64,000 nt of DNA from Octopus vulgaris (GCA_951406725.2 OX597814.1:219356001-219420000), one strand, 5' to 3'. Counted from the first letter of the stretch, positions 26,377-40,248 are shown. The notes: generated by a model from the letters alone, not told the origin. Numbers and translations are program-made.

Positions 26377-26609
26377 TTGTGTGGTTAGACGATTTAACAT
26401 CTATTTTTCAGCATATTGGCAAAGAAAACTTTTCTTTTGCTCTTATTTATAATTTTATATCTATATATATATATTTTTGTATGTATGATCTAGGTGTATG
26501 CGTGCGTCTTTGTGCCAATGTTTGTACCCCTACCCCCCCCAGTATGGCGGCAGTCAAATGACTGAAACAATTAAGAGATAAAAGAATGTGATTTTGTTCA
26601 GGAATTTAT

Positions 26610-26970
26610 TCTTTTTATCTTTTACTGATTTTAGTCATTGGATTGCAGCCATACCAAAACACCACCTTTAATGCTTCAGTCAAGCCGATCGACCCCAGTA
26701 CTTTTTTCTGTTTTTCAAGTCTCGTACTTATTCTATTGGTTCCCTTTTGCTGAACTGCTAAGTTACAGAAACCTAGCACAGATTGTCAAGCAGTGGTTGG
26801 GGGAGCAACACACACACACATGAGAGGCTGCCATACAGTTTCTATTGACCAAATTCACCCACAAGTCATTAGCTGGCCCAGGGCTATAGTAGAAGATAAT
26901 TGCCCAAGGTACCACACAGTGGGACCGAGGCAAAGACCATGTGGTTGCAAAGCAAGCCTCTTAACCACTG
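26610..26970 (-). mobile_element. degenerate SINE family C
   Basis: Similarity to 39360-39752. Confidence 0.7.
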
Positions 26971-27076
26971 AGCTTTATTTTCTTACTCTACCCCATCTGG
27001 TATATTGGAGCTTAAGATATTTTTATGGTTTAGTGCTGCTATGCTAAATTTTTATGGAAACTAATAAAGAAAGAAC

Positions 27077-27077
<1 letters not shown>

Positions 27078-27109
<32 letters not shown>

Positions 27110-27184
27110 GTCATCATCATCGTCATCATCATCATCATCATCATCGTCATTATCATCGTCATCATCATCATCATTGTCGTCGTT

Positions 27185-27230
<46 letters not shown>

Positions 27231-27289
27231 TCATCATCATCGTCATCATCATCATCATCGTCATCATCATCATCATCATCATCATCGTT

Positions 27290-27355
<66 letters not shown>

Positions 27356-27483
27356 GTCGTCATCATCATCGTCGTCATCATCATCGTCATCATCATCATC
27401 ATCATCACCATCATCGTTGTCGTCGTCGTCGTCGTCGTCGTCATCATCATCATCATCATCGTCGTTGTCGTCATCGTCGTTGT

Positions 27484-27516
<33 letters not shown>

Positions 27517-27545
27517 CATCATCCTCATTGCCATCGCATCATCAT
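27078..27545. repeat. (TCA)n/(TCG)n trinucleotide array (expanded SINE tail)
   Basis: Direct observation; abuts the family D tail TCCATACTGGCATGGG. Confidence 0.95.
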
Positions 27546-28531
27546 GATCACTATCATTTGATGTCTATCTTCCATACTGGCATGGGCTGGGTTGTTTAAC
27601 AGTATCTGTTGAGTTAGGGGTCAGCACGAAGCTCATATAATGAAATTATTTTGGACCTTATCTTATTATACTCTCATATTTCTGTTATCAGGTAACACTA
27701 TGTCTGGCTTATATTCTAATCCCAACAAAGCTATTTTTTTTTTGAAAATGTGTTTAAAATATATTTCTAAGAAAAATCATGTCCCTTCTAAACACTCAGC
27801 ACTTGATATTTGCTGCCCCTTGTAAGCTCACAGTGTCCCCAAGGAGGCACTACCAACCAAATTCAGAAAAACTGATTTAAAAGCTAGAAGATGTTCTGTA
27901 AATGTGCAATACTTCATCACTAATATGGTTAAAGATCTTTCAATATTGGTTTCAAATTTTGGCACAAGGCCAGCAATTTTGGAGGCAGCAACTGGATTAC
28001 ATTGACCCCTGTATTTGACTGATACTTATTTTATCAACCCCAAAAGGATGAAAGGCAAAGTTAACCTCGGCAGAATTTGAACTCAGAACATGCTGCTAAG
28101 TATTTTGCCTGGCATGCTTACAATTCTGCCGGCTTGCTACCTTGAAATTTTTCAATATTAAAAAAAGATGTTTATAATAAAATTATTTTTCACTTTGGAT
28201 TACAAACCTTGAGTTTTAGGTGCAAATTTTAATCCATCCATCTTTGATGCCCACAATTCCTCAAATAAGGTCCTATGAGAAGCAACCATCATTACACTTT
28301 CCTGTTAGGTTTCCAATTGTGACTATGGATATTGTCCAACCATCTTTCTCTCTGTCTATCCTTAAGCTTCCTGCCAGTTGGTTTAACTTGAAGAATCTGC
28401 ATTGTAATCCTTTCCTGCAGCATTTAACCCCTGGAAACAAGTCTCCCTTTTGCACATGCTGTATCAGAGAAGCCCTAAGCACTTACAAGATTTTGGTGTC
28501 CCTAGATTTATGTAATTCAAAATATAAACAA

Positions 28532-28995
28532 AGACCTGTTGAGGCAAGCGAAGTCGATATAGAACCTCATCCGACGACAGGCACCCATGCCAACCCCCTT
28601 TGCTTGCGAAGACATGTTGGGGCATGCAAAAGCGAAATCGAAATTGAATTGAACCAGCCAGGATCCCTGGTCTGGTGGTACGTAAAAAGCACTATCCGAA
28701 TCGTGGCCAATGCCAGCGCCGCCTCGACTGGCTTCCGTGCCGGTGGCACGTAAAATACACTAATCCGACCGTGGCCGTTGCCAACCTCGCCTGGCACCTG
28801 TGCAGGTGGCACGTAGAAAGCACCCACTACACTCATGGAGTGGTTGGCGTTAGGAAGGGCATCCAGCTGTAGAAACATTGCCAGATAAGACTGGAGCCTG
28901 GTGCAGCCTTCTGGCTTCCCAGATCCCCGGTCGAACCGTCCAACCCATGCTAGCATGGAGAACGGACGTTAAACGATGATGATGATGATGATAAT
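28532..28995 (+). mobile_element. SINE family D, longer copy
   Basis: Core and tail plus extra 5' sequence. Confidence 0.85.
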
Positions 28996-29289
28996 GAATA
29001 AACCATAAAATAAATTATTTTTCAGAATGAAACAAAACTAACAATCAGAAAGAAATGTTTATTTTTGTACACTTCCACTTTATTTATAATTGTAAAGTTT
29101 TCTACTTATTTTAACAGCAAAGTCTTTGATCAGATACTCCCTGTGATATCATGAACACTCCTATATTGTATTTCGAATATTATTTTAGCAAATTTAAAGT
29201 GATTTCTTTTGTGCTGTAAATCATTTACCATTTCTCTGGTACACTCACCATTCCCTTGATTTCTCAAGCACGTGTTTATTTTGCCTTGT

Positions 29290-29640
29290 TGTTAATCCAG
29301 CTCTGTGCAGTACATTGAGACATGAAAAGTTGCAGCAGAGACAGTAAAAATGTCCAAGGCTAAGTCATGGGTGGATTGGGGCATTAAGCTGGACTCTGAC
29401 TTTAGATCAGTCTAATAAAGTATTCTGGCAGACCATCCATTGACTTTGCAAAAAGAAGTCCACTTCTATATTTTTCATTAAGAATTTGGTTAGGTTTCTT
29501 CTCCCTAGGGAGAAGAACATCTTTGTGGAGTGGAGAGAATGCTTTGCTGATTTCCTAAATTCAGACACAGTAAAATCTTCTGGTAGACACACGATGCATC
29601 TAGGGGAAAAGACTAACCTCACAGAAGTGCAAATTTAGTT
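29290..29640 (+). mobile_element. RTE/Expander-like LINE fragment
   Basis: VKMSKAKSWVDWGIKLDSDFRS.NKVFWQTI and EKNIFVEWRECFADFLN resemble the RTE linker AK...WEEFG...DYRS..K.FWQT / RW.EYF.DLLN. Confidence 0.7.
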
Positions 29641-30572
29641 TTAGAAATGACACATCCTTGGTAAGTGAAGTCAGTTTGTCTTTCTAACTAGTTAACCGTT
29701 TTGTAACCACATTCCTGCATTGCCTTTGTTTCAATCAATTTTTAAAATAATGAAGAAATTAGTATAATTTTTGTTATTTTTAAGCTAGCATAAATTAACA
29801 TAAAATTTTGATGAAAGGTTTTAATTCAGATCCCAAGTTGGTATCATAGACCTAGGGTCAGTCTCAAGAGTTAATCCATTTTTCTAAGTTGGTAGGTATT
29901 AATCAAATTTTATGAAACAGCTTCTTTTCATACATTTGTTATTTCATAATATATATATTTTTTGTATGTGTGTATCTCCATTCTAAAATACTCTATTTTT
30001 AGGTTCACATCGTTTTTTGTTGTGTATATTTTATTCTCATCACATGTCGATAATAACAGCTGTTGCTCTGATTTTCAAAGGCAAATAATGAAATATGTTC
30101 AGATACTAATAAAAACATAAAAATCATCATCATCATCAACGTCATCATCACAATCATCATCATCATCATCATCATTATCATCATTATCATCATCATCATC
30201 ATAATTATCATCATTTTAATATCCATTTCTCCATGCTAGCATGGATTAGATGGAATTCATTGAGATAGATTTTATACAGCTAGATACTTTTCGTGTCATT
30301 AACCCTAAACTGTTTCCAAGCAAGGTAATAATCCCTTAGTCTATCGAAGAACAAATACCTGGACATAGTTGGAAGCTTTTTTGTTAAGAAAGATTGTGCA
30401 AGATGTGATGAAATGGCAAGAACGCCAGACATGTTTTTGCAATTGACAACAAATATACAACATTGCCTGTATTGAAAGTGAAACTTATTTTGTTTACAGT
30501 CAGCAAACACACATAAAGACAAGGAGAAAATATGAAATCACTCACACAAATACATGCGCACACACACACACA

Positions 30573-32118
30573 TGTGGTGGTATCAAAACGTTCCCAGACT
30601 AGTTCTGTAGCACGCCAACAGATGGCAGCACACGGTTGCATGCACAGCGACAGCTAGCAGTGACCTTCATGAGGCAGTGTGCTGAGTGACTTTGCTGTGT
30701 TTACTTCAGAAGTTGTGAAATTTGTGATTTTGTGATCACGTGTGTCTGCTGTAGTCTGCCATTTTGTCATGGACAGAAACAAAGAGCCAATGTGAAATTT
30801 TGTGCTAAACTTGGGAAGTCTGTTACAGAGACATTGAGAATGCTTCAGCAAGCTTAAAGCGATGAGACAATGGGCAGTATATAATGTTTCGAGTGGCACC
30901 GGTGCTTCAAATGTGGAAGAACATCCCTGGAAGATGATGACCACTCTGGAAGACCTTCCACAAGCTTCACTCCTAGAAATTTGGAGAAAATTCCTGAGCT
31001 TGTGTATAAGAATCGTTGGGGGCCAATCAACAACATTGCTGATGTTGTTGGTCTGAAGGCGGTGAGCTGGCAGAACCATTAGCACGCCGGCCGAAATGCG
31101 TAGCCGTATTTCGTCTGCCGTTACGTTCTGAGTTCAAATTCCGCCGAGGTCGACTTTGCCTTTCATCCTTCCGGGGTCGATAAATTAAGTACCAGTTACG
31201 CACTGGGGTCAATGTAATCGACTTAATCCGTTTGTCTGTCCTTGTTTGTCCCCTCTATGTTTAGCCCCATGTGGGTAATAAAGAAACAGATGTTGTTGGT
31301 CTGTCATATGGGTCTGTGCAGGCAATCCTAACACCTGAATGTTTCTGCCAAGTTTGTCCCTTACCTTCTGACCACTGAGCAAAAATAACATTGCATCAAA
31401 GTCCGTAAAGATCTCCCTTAGTGTGCTGCAGATGACCCATCCTTCATGTCAAGGATCATAACCTGTAATGTGAGTTGGGTCTATGAGTATGACCCTGAGC
31501 TGAAGCAGCAGTCATCATAATGGAGAGCCCTTCATCTCCACAACTGAAGTAGGCTCAACAGAACCACAACTCAAGTAGCAACATGCTCATTGTTTTTTCC
31601 AACATCCATGGTATTGTGCATCGGGAATTCATCCCCCAGGGCCAGACTGTCAATCGAGAGTTCTGCTGTGATGTTTTGAAACATTTGAGGGAAGACATTC
31701 AGTGAAAGAAACCAGATCTGTGGAGAGTGAAGAACTGGATTCTTCATGATGACAATATACCCTATCACCAAGCTCTCCTTACTCATAAGTTTTTCACCAA
31801 AAACAACATGGTATTGCTTCCACCCACTCCTCACCTATTTGCCAGATTTAGTACCTGCAGGCTTCCATCCCTTCCCCAAGATAAAAAAGCAGCTCAAGGG
31901 TCACTGTTTTAACAGCAGTGTCAAGAGCCAGAGTGAATCGCTGAAGGTCCTTGACTCACTTATGGAAAATGACTTCTAGGCCAAAAGTGGCAGGAATGCT
32001 GGGACAGGTGTACTGCTGCACAAGGTGACTATTTCGAAGGTGATGATGTTAAATCTTAGGTAAATAAGTTATTTTTTTATTAATCATGTCTAGTCTGGGA
32101 ACTTTTTGATACATCTCG
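30573..32118 (+). mobile_element. decayed full-length mariner element
   Basis: TIRs GGTATCAAAACGTTCCCAGACTAG / CTAGTCTGGGAACTTTTTGATAC; motifs LEDDDHSGRP, WVYEYDPE, WILHDDN, YLPDLVP. Confidence 0.9.
31056..31288 (+). mobile_element. full SINE family B inserted in the mariner
   Basis: 15-bp TSD GATGTTGTTGGTCTG at 31041-31055 and 31289-31303. Confidence 0.95.
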
Positions 32119-32130
32119 TACATGCATACA

Positions 32131-32174
<44 letters not shown>

Positions 32175-32592
32175 TACAGTTTTTTTTTGTAGTTGTTGTT
32201 TAGCCTCAAATCAACAGACTGAGCAGATCTCCAAGCAAAGACATTCCAACCATAACCATTTCTTCTTTTATACAGACACAGAATACCCTGGACTACTTTA
32301 AACAATGTGTCCCTTTCTGGAGAGTGGGGTTACAGAGAAGGTAGTATGTGCTTTGAAAGAAATTTGTGTACTATTTCTAGCAGATTAGGCAACCATGTAT
32401 AGATGCTCTCATTGATTCATGCAATATTTAGTAGCTGTTGCTTTAATCTGTTCACTACAACTAAAAGACAGGCGTAGTGGCCAACACCAGCATGAGTCAA
32501 TATGATAAAAAAACTGAAGGGAAAACATGTATTTTAGGTTTCTATAAGGAGAGAGTAAAGCATTTCTCATGAATGACTTTTATCAAAACCAT

Positions 32593-32795
32593 CAACCTTT
32601 TAGCATTTAAACCTGCCATATCAGGCCCAAATATTTAACTTGTTTTATGTTCAAATTGACTAGATCCAACCTCTCACAACTACCCTACAATGACATTATA
32701 AATCTGAAAGCTATGAGATTATACAAGATTAATACTAAACAATGTAAATACATAAGCATTACAATTGACAGAATAATCTGATTACCAAAGGGTTA
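32593..32795. mobile_element. TTAA-type MITE
   Basis: AACCTTTTAGCATTTAAA...ACCAAAGGGTTAA; same family as 15751-16352, 17862 and 22595-22808. Confidence 0.65.
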
Positions 32796-33261
32796 AATAT
32801 ATTACTCTTCCTATGAAAAATTAAGCAAAAATTCATCTCTGTTAATAGTAATTTCAAATTTTGGCACAAAGCCAGCAATTTCAATTAATTGCAATGACCT
32901 GAGTGTTCAACTGATACTTATGTTATTGACCCTACAAGATGAAAAGCAAGGGTGACCTCGGCAGAATTTGAACTCAGAATGGAAAGGGGGATGAAATGCC
33001 ATTAAGCATTTTACCAGGCATACTAATGATTCTGGCATCTCACCACCCTGATCTTTGTTATTAATGACATGTATAATTGAAATGTTACAAAGTTGGAGTA
33101 AACCTTCCACTTCTCTTCTTGAGTTGTATTTGAGTGTGTTTCTAACACTGGGAGATGTTTCTTAAGTTGGATTCATGGTGAAAATAGCAAATAATTAATA
33201 GAAAACTTAACCAAGTGTTTTTAAAGTTGTGTGTTAGAATTAAGTTGTATAGAAATTACGT

Positions 33262-33452
33262 GCGGGTGGCACGTAAAAAGCACCCACTACACTCACGGAG
33301 TGGTTGGCGTTAGCAAGGGCATCCAGCTGTAGAAACACTGCCAGATCAGACTGGGCCTGATGCAGCCTTCTGGCTTCACAGACCCCAGTTGAACCGTCCA
33401 ACCCATGCCAGCATGGAAAGCGGACGCTAAATGGTGATGATGATGATGATGA
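33262..33452 (+). mobile_element. SINE family D 3' part
   Basis: Core and (GAT)n tail. Confidence 0.85.
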
Positions 33453-35006
33453 GAAATATATTAATAATGAAATTTCCAGAGATCTTGCAGAAGCCATAAT
33501 GATTTGTGCTTATAGATCTAAAAATGATAAAGGAAACAGACATTTGTAGCCAAAATTTCCCCCATTTAATGAAATCCGTTTCATTTCCCCTGTTTAATGG
33601 TATCTTTTTGTTTTTCTATCAAGTTAACCTTTTCTACAATTAAAATGGTTTTTCTTCAAAAGAAATCAAAAAGACAGTAATTAACAAAAAGTTTGTGCAC
33701 ACCTATTAAAATAAGAGCTCCAGCATGGCCTTAGCTGTAATGAACTATAGAATTATGGATATTATTGATATTCCAATCTTCCACATTGCTATAGTATAGT
33801 GTTACAACTTACCTACTGATTGCTGCTGATAGAGAAAAGTCAATTATTGTATGTACCACACAAAACATGGAATAAGTAAATAATTTGATGTAAGAGCTAT
33901 TGTCATAATGATAACTCTTTGAAATTTAGATCTTGTCTTGTAAGACGTAATATATGCTCTTGTCAATAACTAAGTAGGTGACTTCATTTAATGAGCTACA
34001 AGAAATAATTTTCATTCATAATCAAATTTAATTATGTCATAGCATAGCTTTTGTTATGGTATAAGGATAATTGCCTTTAGTACTTGAAAAATGAGTGAGA
34101 AATAAGAAACTCAAAATTTCTATAATATATTCTTGACATCTGAGAAAATAAAAGTGAGCGTGATGGGGATTAGATTTTACTAGATTAATATCCTGGATTA
34201 AAGAGTTGTTTTTAATTACAGATGCACCTTGTCTATAGAGTCTCTGTGGTGAGGAAAGTCCTATTGGTATACTTGTCCTGAGCCATTTTTCCTGAACTGA
34301 TGAAGAGATATTCATGAGGTGTTGAGTAGAAATTGCATCAAATGTAAAGAATTTAACAGAACAGATTCTTATGGACAGATAAGTGTTGGGTTCTTAAAAA
34401 AATTTGTTCATTTTTTTTTTTCTACTTAAAAAAAAACACTCTAAAAAAACATTAAACACTACACTGATGATTTTCTGATAATTTAAATAACATTATAAAG
34501 GATCAAAATAAATGGAAGAAGAAAAAAAAACAAATGAAAGATGATGATGATATGAGAGCCTAACAGATTATAATAATATTTTACCATTAGTCTAATAATA
34601 GTTCTGTAGATTATACCAAGATAATGCTCTCATCACATTTGGCAAGAAGTTGAATGGTTAAGCAGAATATTATGTAAGGAATATTTCAGTTTGAAAAACA
34701 TGAAGAAAGTTTATTGAACTTGGTTACATGAGCAAGTAAACTAAAAACAGAAAATAACATTATCTAGCAACAACTAATAAATAACAAAGAAATGTTGTGA
34801 CAAAGGGGAAAAAAATGGTAAACATCATTGCTATTAAATGTCAGCTGTTGTTTAGTAGAGATGATGAAAATTACAGACTCAAAGGTGTTTACTATAGACA
34901 AACATAGCATCCAGAAATATGTTTTATGGAGCCTGGTGCAGCCTCCTGGCTTCCCACACCCCAGTCGAACTGTCCAACCCATGCTAGCATGGAAAACGGA
35001 CGTTAA

Positions 35007-35034
35007 ATGATGATGATGATGATGACAATGATGG

Positions 35035-35068
<34 letters not shown>

Positions 35069-35260
35069 GGTGGTGGTGGTGGTGGTGGTGGTGGTGGTGG
35101 TGGTGGTGGTGATGATGATGATGATGGTGGTGGTGTGGTGGTGGTGGTGGTGGTGGTGGTGGTGGTGGTGGTGGTGGTGGTGGTGGTGGTGGTGGTGATG
35201 ATGATGTTGGTGATGTTGGTGATGGTGATGGTGATGATGATGATGATGATGTTGTTGTTG
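35007..35260. repeat. (GAT)n/(GGT)n array following a family D tail (34928-35006)
   Basis: Direct observation. Confidence 0.95.
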
Positions 35261-35866
35261 TCTGCTGAATGCACAAGATCTTGTACTTAAGTGAACTGCA
35301 TTTGTCTTGTAATGCCAGGATGGCCTGAGAGACTTGTGGAGTTCTGAGAGATTAACTCTGCTCAGTAGTAACATTACAAAATTAATATGATAGATCATCA
35401 TTTGCAACATTAAGGAATCCAGAATTATGTAAGATTTTGTAACCATCACCAAGGTGATATTTTCTGATTTTAGTCTTCCGTTTGTCTTTAAATTCAAGTG
35501 GATTTCTGAAGAATCAGCAGAGTAAAACATTTGCTTAAAAGAAAATGATGCCACTATTTGACAGCCTCAACTATGGTATAAGCTGTTTCTTTCTCAGCAG
35601 AATTTAGTGACCAAGAAAAGAAAGCTGCAGGCTTGCCATTTTGATTAAGATGGCAGCCTCTCAGGGGTTTGTTTTGATGATAAATGTCATTTCCTCATCT
35701 TCTTTAGCTTTGACGGGATTTTAAGTTACTGATTGCAGTTACAGCTTCTTCTAAGCATGGGAACAGAGTTCTTATTCATTCAGAGAATTGAGGAATCCAT
35801 TGAGAATAATAGACAAAGTGACCCCCCTCCACCCCACCCCATATAAGATAGTATTAGTAGGCTTGA

Positions 35867-36250
35867 GGAGGCGCAATGGCCCAGTGGTTAGGGCAGCGGA
35901 CTCGCGGTCATAGGATCGCGGTTTCGATTCCCAGACCGGGCGTTGTGTGTGTTTATTGAGCGAAAACACCTAAAGCTCTACGAGGCTCCGGCAGGGGATG
36001 GTGGTGATCCCTGCTGTACTCTTTCGCCACAACATTCTCTCACTCTTTCTTCCTGTTTCTGTTGTACCTGTATTTCAAAGGGCCGGCCTTGTCACTCTCT
36101 GTGTCACGCTGAATATCCCCAAGAACTACATTAAGGGTACACGTGTCTGTGGAGTGCTCAGCCACTTACACGTTAATTTCACGAGCAGGCTGTTCCGTTG
36201 GTCGGATCAACCGGAACCCTCGTCATCGTAACCGACGGAGTGCTTCCATC
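35867..36250 (+). mobile_element. full-length SINE family A
   Basis: tRNA-like head with A/B boxes; 10-bp TSD AGTAGGCTTG (35856-65, 36252-61). Confidence 0.95.
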
Positions 36251-36319
36251 CAGTAGGCTTGGATGTTTCTTTAAATGAATTGAATGTTAGAGGATCAAGG
36301 CACAAATTGTTACGACTCT

Positions 36320-36780
36320 AGGTGCAGGTGTGGTTCTGTGGTAAGAAGAAGTTTGCTTCCTAACCACCCAGTTCCAGGTTCAGTCCCACTGGGCAAGTCT
36401 TCAGTTATAGCAGTGGGCTGACAAAAGCCTTGTCAGTGAATTTGGTTGACAGAAACTGAAAGGCGGCAAGCTAGCAGAAACGTTAGCACGCCGGGTGAAT
36501 ATACTTAGCGATATTTCATCTGCCACTAGGTTCTGAGTTCAAATTCCGCTGAGGTCAACTTTGCCTATCATCCTTTTGGGGTCAATTAAATAAGTACCAG
36601 TTACGCACTGGAGTCGATATAACCGAATTAATCCGTTTGTCTGTCCTTGTTTGTCCCCTCTATGTTTAGCCTCTTGTGGACAGTAAAGAAATAAGAAACT
36701 GAAAGAAGCCAGTTATATGTGTGTGTGCGTGTGTGTTTGTGTGTGTGTGTGTGTCTGTGTGTGTGTGTTTGTGTGTTTGT
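36320..36780 (+). mobile_element. SINE family C with nested family B (~36460-36695)
   Basis: Host AGAAACTGAA duplicated on both sides of the family B copy. Confidence 0.85.
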
Positions 36781-37829
36781 GTTTATTTAATGTTAGTTTT
36801 CCATGCTGGCATGGGTTGGATGGTTTGACAGCAGCTGGCACACGAGTGAGCTGCATCAGGCTCCATTGTCTGCTTTGGAGTGGTCCCTATGGTTGGATGC
36901 TCTTCCTAATGCCCACCACTCTATAGAGTGTACAGAGTGCTTTGCATGTGACACCAGCACTGGTGGTTTTTTACATGGCACCAACACCAGTGAAGTTGCT
37001 GAGTAACTTGCAAGACAAAAACCTCTGGGTTAGGAGGGGAGTGGAACTGAAGGACGTGGCTTTTTGCCAAGTGAGATGTTGAGTATAATAGAGGGATAGA
37101 TATAGGTGTCTTACTACAGAGGAGATACTGGCTACCCCAGTAGAAAGAAGCAAAGATAGAGTTAGAGAGAAAGATAGAGAGACAGAGTGAGAGAAAGAGA
37201 AAAATTGATGATGCTGGAGATGCATTGAGATCTACCCAAGGGGAATAATGAGGGGAATATAAGTGGTACAGATGGCATAGGGGTGGATGTTCCATAAGAG
37301 TGTGAGGAGAGATGTTTAGAGGTGGGGAAGAAGTAACTGTATCAAGAGATGGTGAGAGAAATTGGAGTGGTTGTGTGGTGGGATGTGGTAGATATGTGAT
37401 GGCATGAAGAGGCAAGTGAGGGAGGGTAGAGTGACCTGGGGTGACTGGGGATGATGGGCAGTGGAATGAGATAGATGTAGGGAAGATGGATTGTGGGGGA
37501 GTTTTGACAGAGAACTGAATGTGTGTGTGAGTGTGTGTGTATGCGTGTGTGTGTGTGTGTGTGTGATGGCGTATGTGGCTGTAAAGGACATGCTTGTAGG
37601 TATGGATGGCCATGATTTTATTTCCTTTGATTTATCTCCTCAAGCACAGCAAATTGCCAAAAGTTTTGGTCCTTTGTCATCTCCTCAGTAAGTCTTCAGG
37701 GCATCTGAAGACCATTCCTCACCACTTCATCTCATGAACTTTTGATCATTTGAAACAAATCATTTGTGCCGGTCATTCAGCAAAAGCTGAATACTCATAT
37801 TTTGTCTTTGATAGGAGAGTCCATCATTT

Positions 37830-38212
37830 ATACCATCCAAGCGTGATCGTTGCCAGAGAGCACCATCCGAGCATGATCGTTGCCAGCACGGCTAACTGGC
37901 TTCCGTGCTGGTGGCACATAAAAGGGCACTAATTCGAGTTTGATCGTTACCAGTGTCACCTTACTGGTACCTGTGCCGGTGGCATGTGTAAAAAGATTTG
38001 AGTGAGGTCATTGCCAGTACTGCCTGACTGGCCCCCGTGCCAGTGGCACGTAAAAAGCACCCACTACACTCTCGGAGTGGTTGGCATTAAGAAGGGCATC
38101 CAGCTGTAGAAACTTTGCCAGATCAAGATTGGAGCCTGGTGCAGCCATCTGGTTTGCCAGTCCTCAGTCAAAATCGTCCAACCCATGGTAGCATGGAAAG
38201 CAGACGTTAAAC

Positions 38213-38250
<38 letters not shown>
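37830..38250 (+). mobile_element. SINE family D subfamily with internal tandem subrepeats
   Basis: Repeated CGAG..TGATCGTT.CCAG...CTGG...GTG.CGGTGGCAC.TAAAA units; homologous to 62345-62900. Confidence 0.85.
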
Positions 38251-38251
<1 letters not shown>

Positions 38252-38694
38252 ATATATATATATATATATATGTATACGTATGTGTGTGTGTCTGTATGTA
38301 TGAAAGAACCTGTCACTGTTCTTTTGCCTTGACTTCATGTGGTAGTTGTAAATAAATATCACCTTCATGCAAGTGATATGCTTCATTTCTAATCTTCATT
38401 GGAAACAAACGAGTGCTGGCAACAGGAAGGGCATCTGTTTATAGAAAAATCTGCCTCAACAAATTCCATCTGACCCATGCAAGCATGGAAAAGTGAATGT
38501 TAAGTGAGGATGAATTTGATCATCTAGAATACAGAATTTCGAAATTTTGCTGAAAATTTACACTTATCATTATTCAGTGTCATGTTGGATTTCTTTGACT
38601 TTTAAGAATTCAGATAGATTTTTGTTTTGTTTATCTTTGATGGCATCATCTAAATAGACATATATATACTCTCCAATTTGTTTTTATCTTTCAT

Positions 38695-39065
38695 TTTTTA
38701 CTTGTTTAAGTCATTAAACTGCAGTCATGCTGGGGCACCGGTTTGAAGAATTTTAGTTGAATGAATCAACTCTAGTAGTTATTTTTTTAAAGTCTGATAC
38801 TTTATCCTATTGGTCTCTTCTGCCAAACAGGGACGTAAACACACCAACACCAGTTGTCAGGCAGTGGTGACAGACAAACAGTTACAAAGACACACACACA
38901 CACATATGATGAGCTTCTTTCCGTTTCCATCTACCAAATCTATTCACAGAGCTTTGGTTGGCCTGAGACCATAATAGAGGACACTTTCCCAAGATGCCAT
39001 GCAATGGGACCAAACTTAGAACCATGTGGTTGGGAAGCAAACTTCTTACCAGACAACCACACCTG
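38695..39065 (-). mobile_element. degenerate SINE family C
   Basis: Similarity to 39360-39752. Confidence 0.75.
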
Positions 39066-39359
39066 CACTATTGGAAGCACACAGTTCCATTTGTAAGACT
39101 AATGATGACCTTGGAAGTGAAATACCTGAACATCTGTCTATGTAAGCTGATAGTACTAAATAGCTTGCCAGAAGATATTTGGCTAACTGAACTGTCTAAA
39201 CATGTGGATTTATTAATAGTTCTGATGGAGTCAATTACTAACCTTCTTTTGAGTTACCATTAATAACATGCACTTTTGATTGCTGGAATGGATCATTTCT
39301 TGGCATCGTGATATATTCTTTGAGCATTGTCTTAACTACTGAAGTAATTAATTCAGTAT

Positions 39360-39752
39360 CTCTTTACTCTCTTTACTCTTTTACTTGTTTCAGTCATTTG
39401 ACTGCGGCCATGCTGGAGCACCGCCTTTAGTCGAGCAAATCGACCCCAGGACTTATTCTTTGTAAGCCCAGTACTTATTCTATCGGTCTCTTTTGCCGAA
39501 CCGCTAAGTGACGGGGATGTAAACACACCAGCATCGGTTGTCAAGCAATGCTAGGGGGACAAACACAGGCACACACACACACACATATACATATATACGA
39601 CAGGCTTCTTTCAGTTTCCGTCTACCAAATCCACTCACAAGGCATTGGTCGGCCCAGGGCTATAGCAGAAGACACTTGCCCAAGATGCCGCGCAGTGGGA
39701 CTGAACCCGGAATCATGTGGTTGGTTAGCAAGCTACTTACCACACAGCCACT
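39360..39752 (-). mobile_element. full SINE family C (tRNA head, CORE-like, internal microsatellite, AGTAAAAG tail)
   Basis: Minus strand GAGTGGCTGTGTGGTAAGTAGCTTGC...GGTTCAGTCCC...CTTGGGCAAGTGTCTTC. Confidence 0.92.
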
Positions 39753-40191
39753 CATTTAAACTTACAGGATTTTGCAATTAGTTTTCAAATCTGGTGAGGG
39801 ATTTAGTAAAAAAAATATGAGTGAGGCAGTTTTCAGTGAAACCAAACAGTGCAAGAGAGCAAAGCTTCCAGATTAACAGGGAGCCTTTCAATTCTATTGT
39901 AACAGATGAATGCTAGCTCGGATGTGTTATTACTGATTTTACTAATGAATAGCTAAATGTATAATTGTATATATGCATGCATGTATGTATAAATGTACGT
40001 AATTATGTGAATGTGTATAATATATTTACATGATTATGTTTAATTAGTATAATGGAATATTATACATATGATAGTTGATGACAGAAAAGGCATCTGACCA
40101 TAGAAAATCTGCTTCAACAAATTTCACCTGACCCATGCAGACATGAAAAAGTGGATGTTAAATGAGAAAGATGATAGTGATGATGATATTA

Positions 40192-40248
<57 letters not shown>

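Larger units (their letters stand above)
27640..34930 (+). pseudogene. putative decayed LRR/Toll-like receptor gene, unit 2
   Basis: Signal-like MKLFWTLSYYTLIFLLSGNTMSG (27640); KILVSLDLCN (~28487); LSLSKNKYL and PDMFLQLTTNIQH (30335-30463); SLLELYLS (33112); LRRCT-like FTRLISWIKE..C...G..L..F...C (34175-34325); TIR box1-like YQDNALITF..VEWL...WLHEQ (34614-34735). Confidence 0.4.

Noticed and set aside
27054-27534. Poly-Ser and poly-Met/Thr ORFs
   Set aside because: Expanded (TCA/TCG)n SINE tail
35867-35940. tRNA-like sequences (also 56677, 31056, 40625)
   Set aside because: They are SINE heads continuing into SINE bodies with TSDs; no proper acceptor stem or terminator
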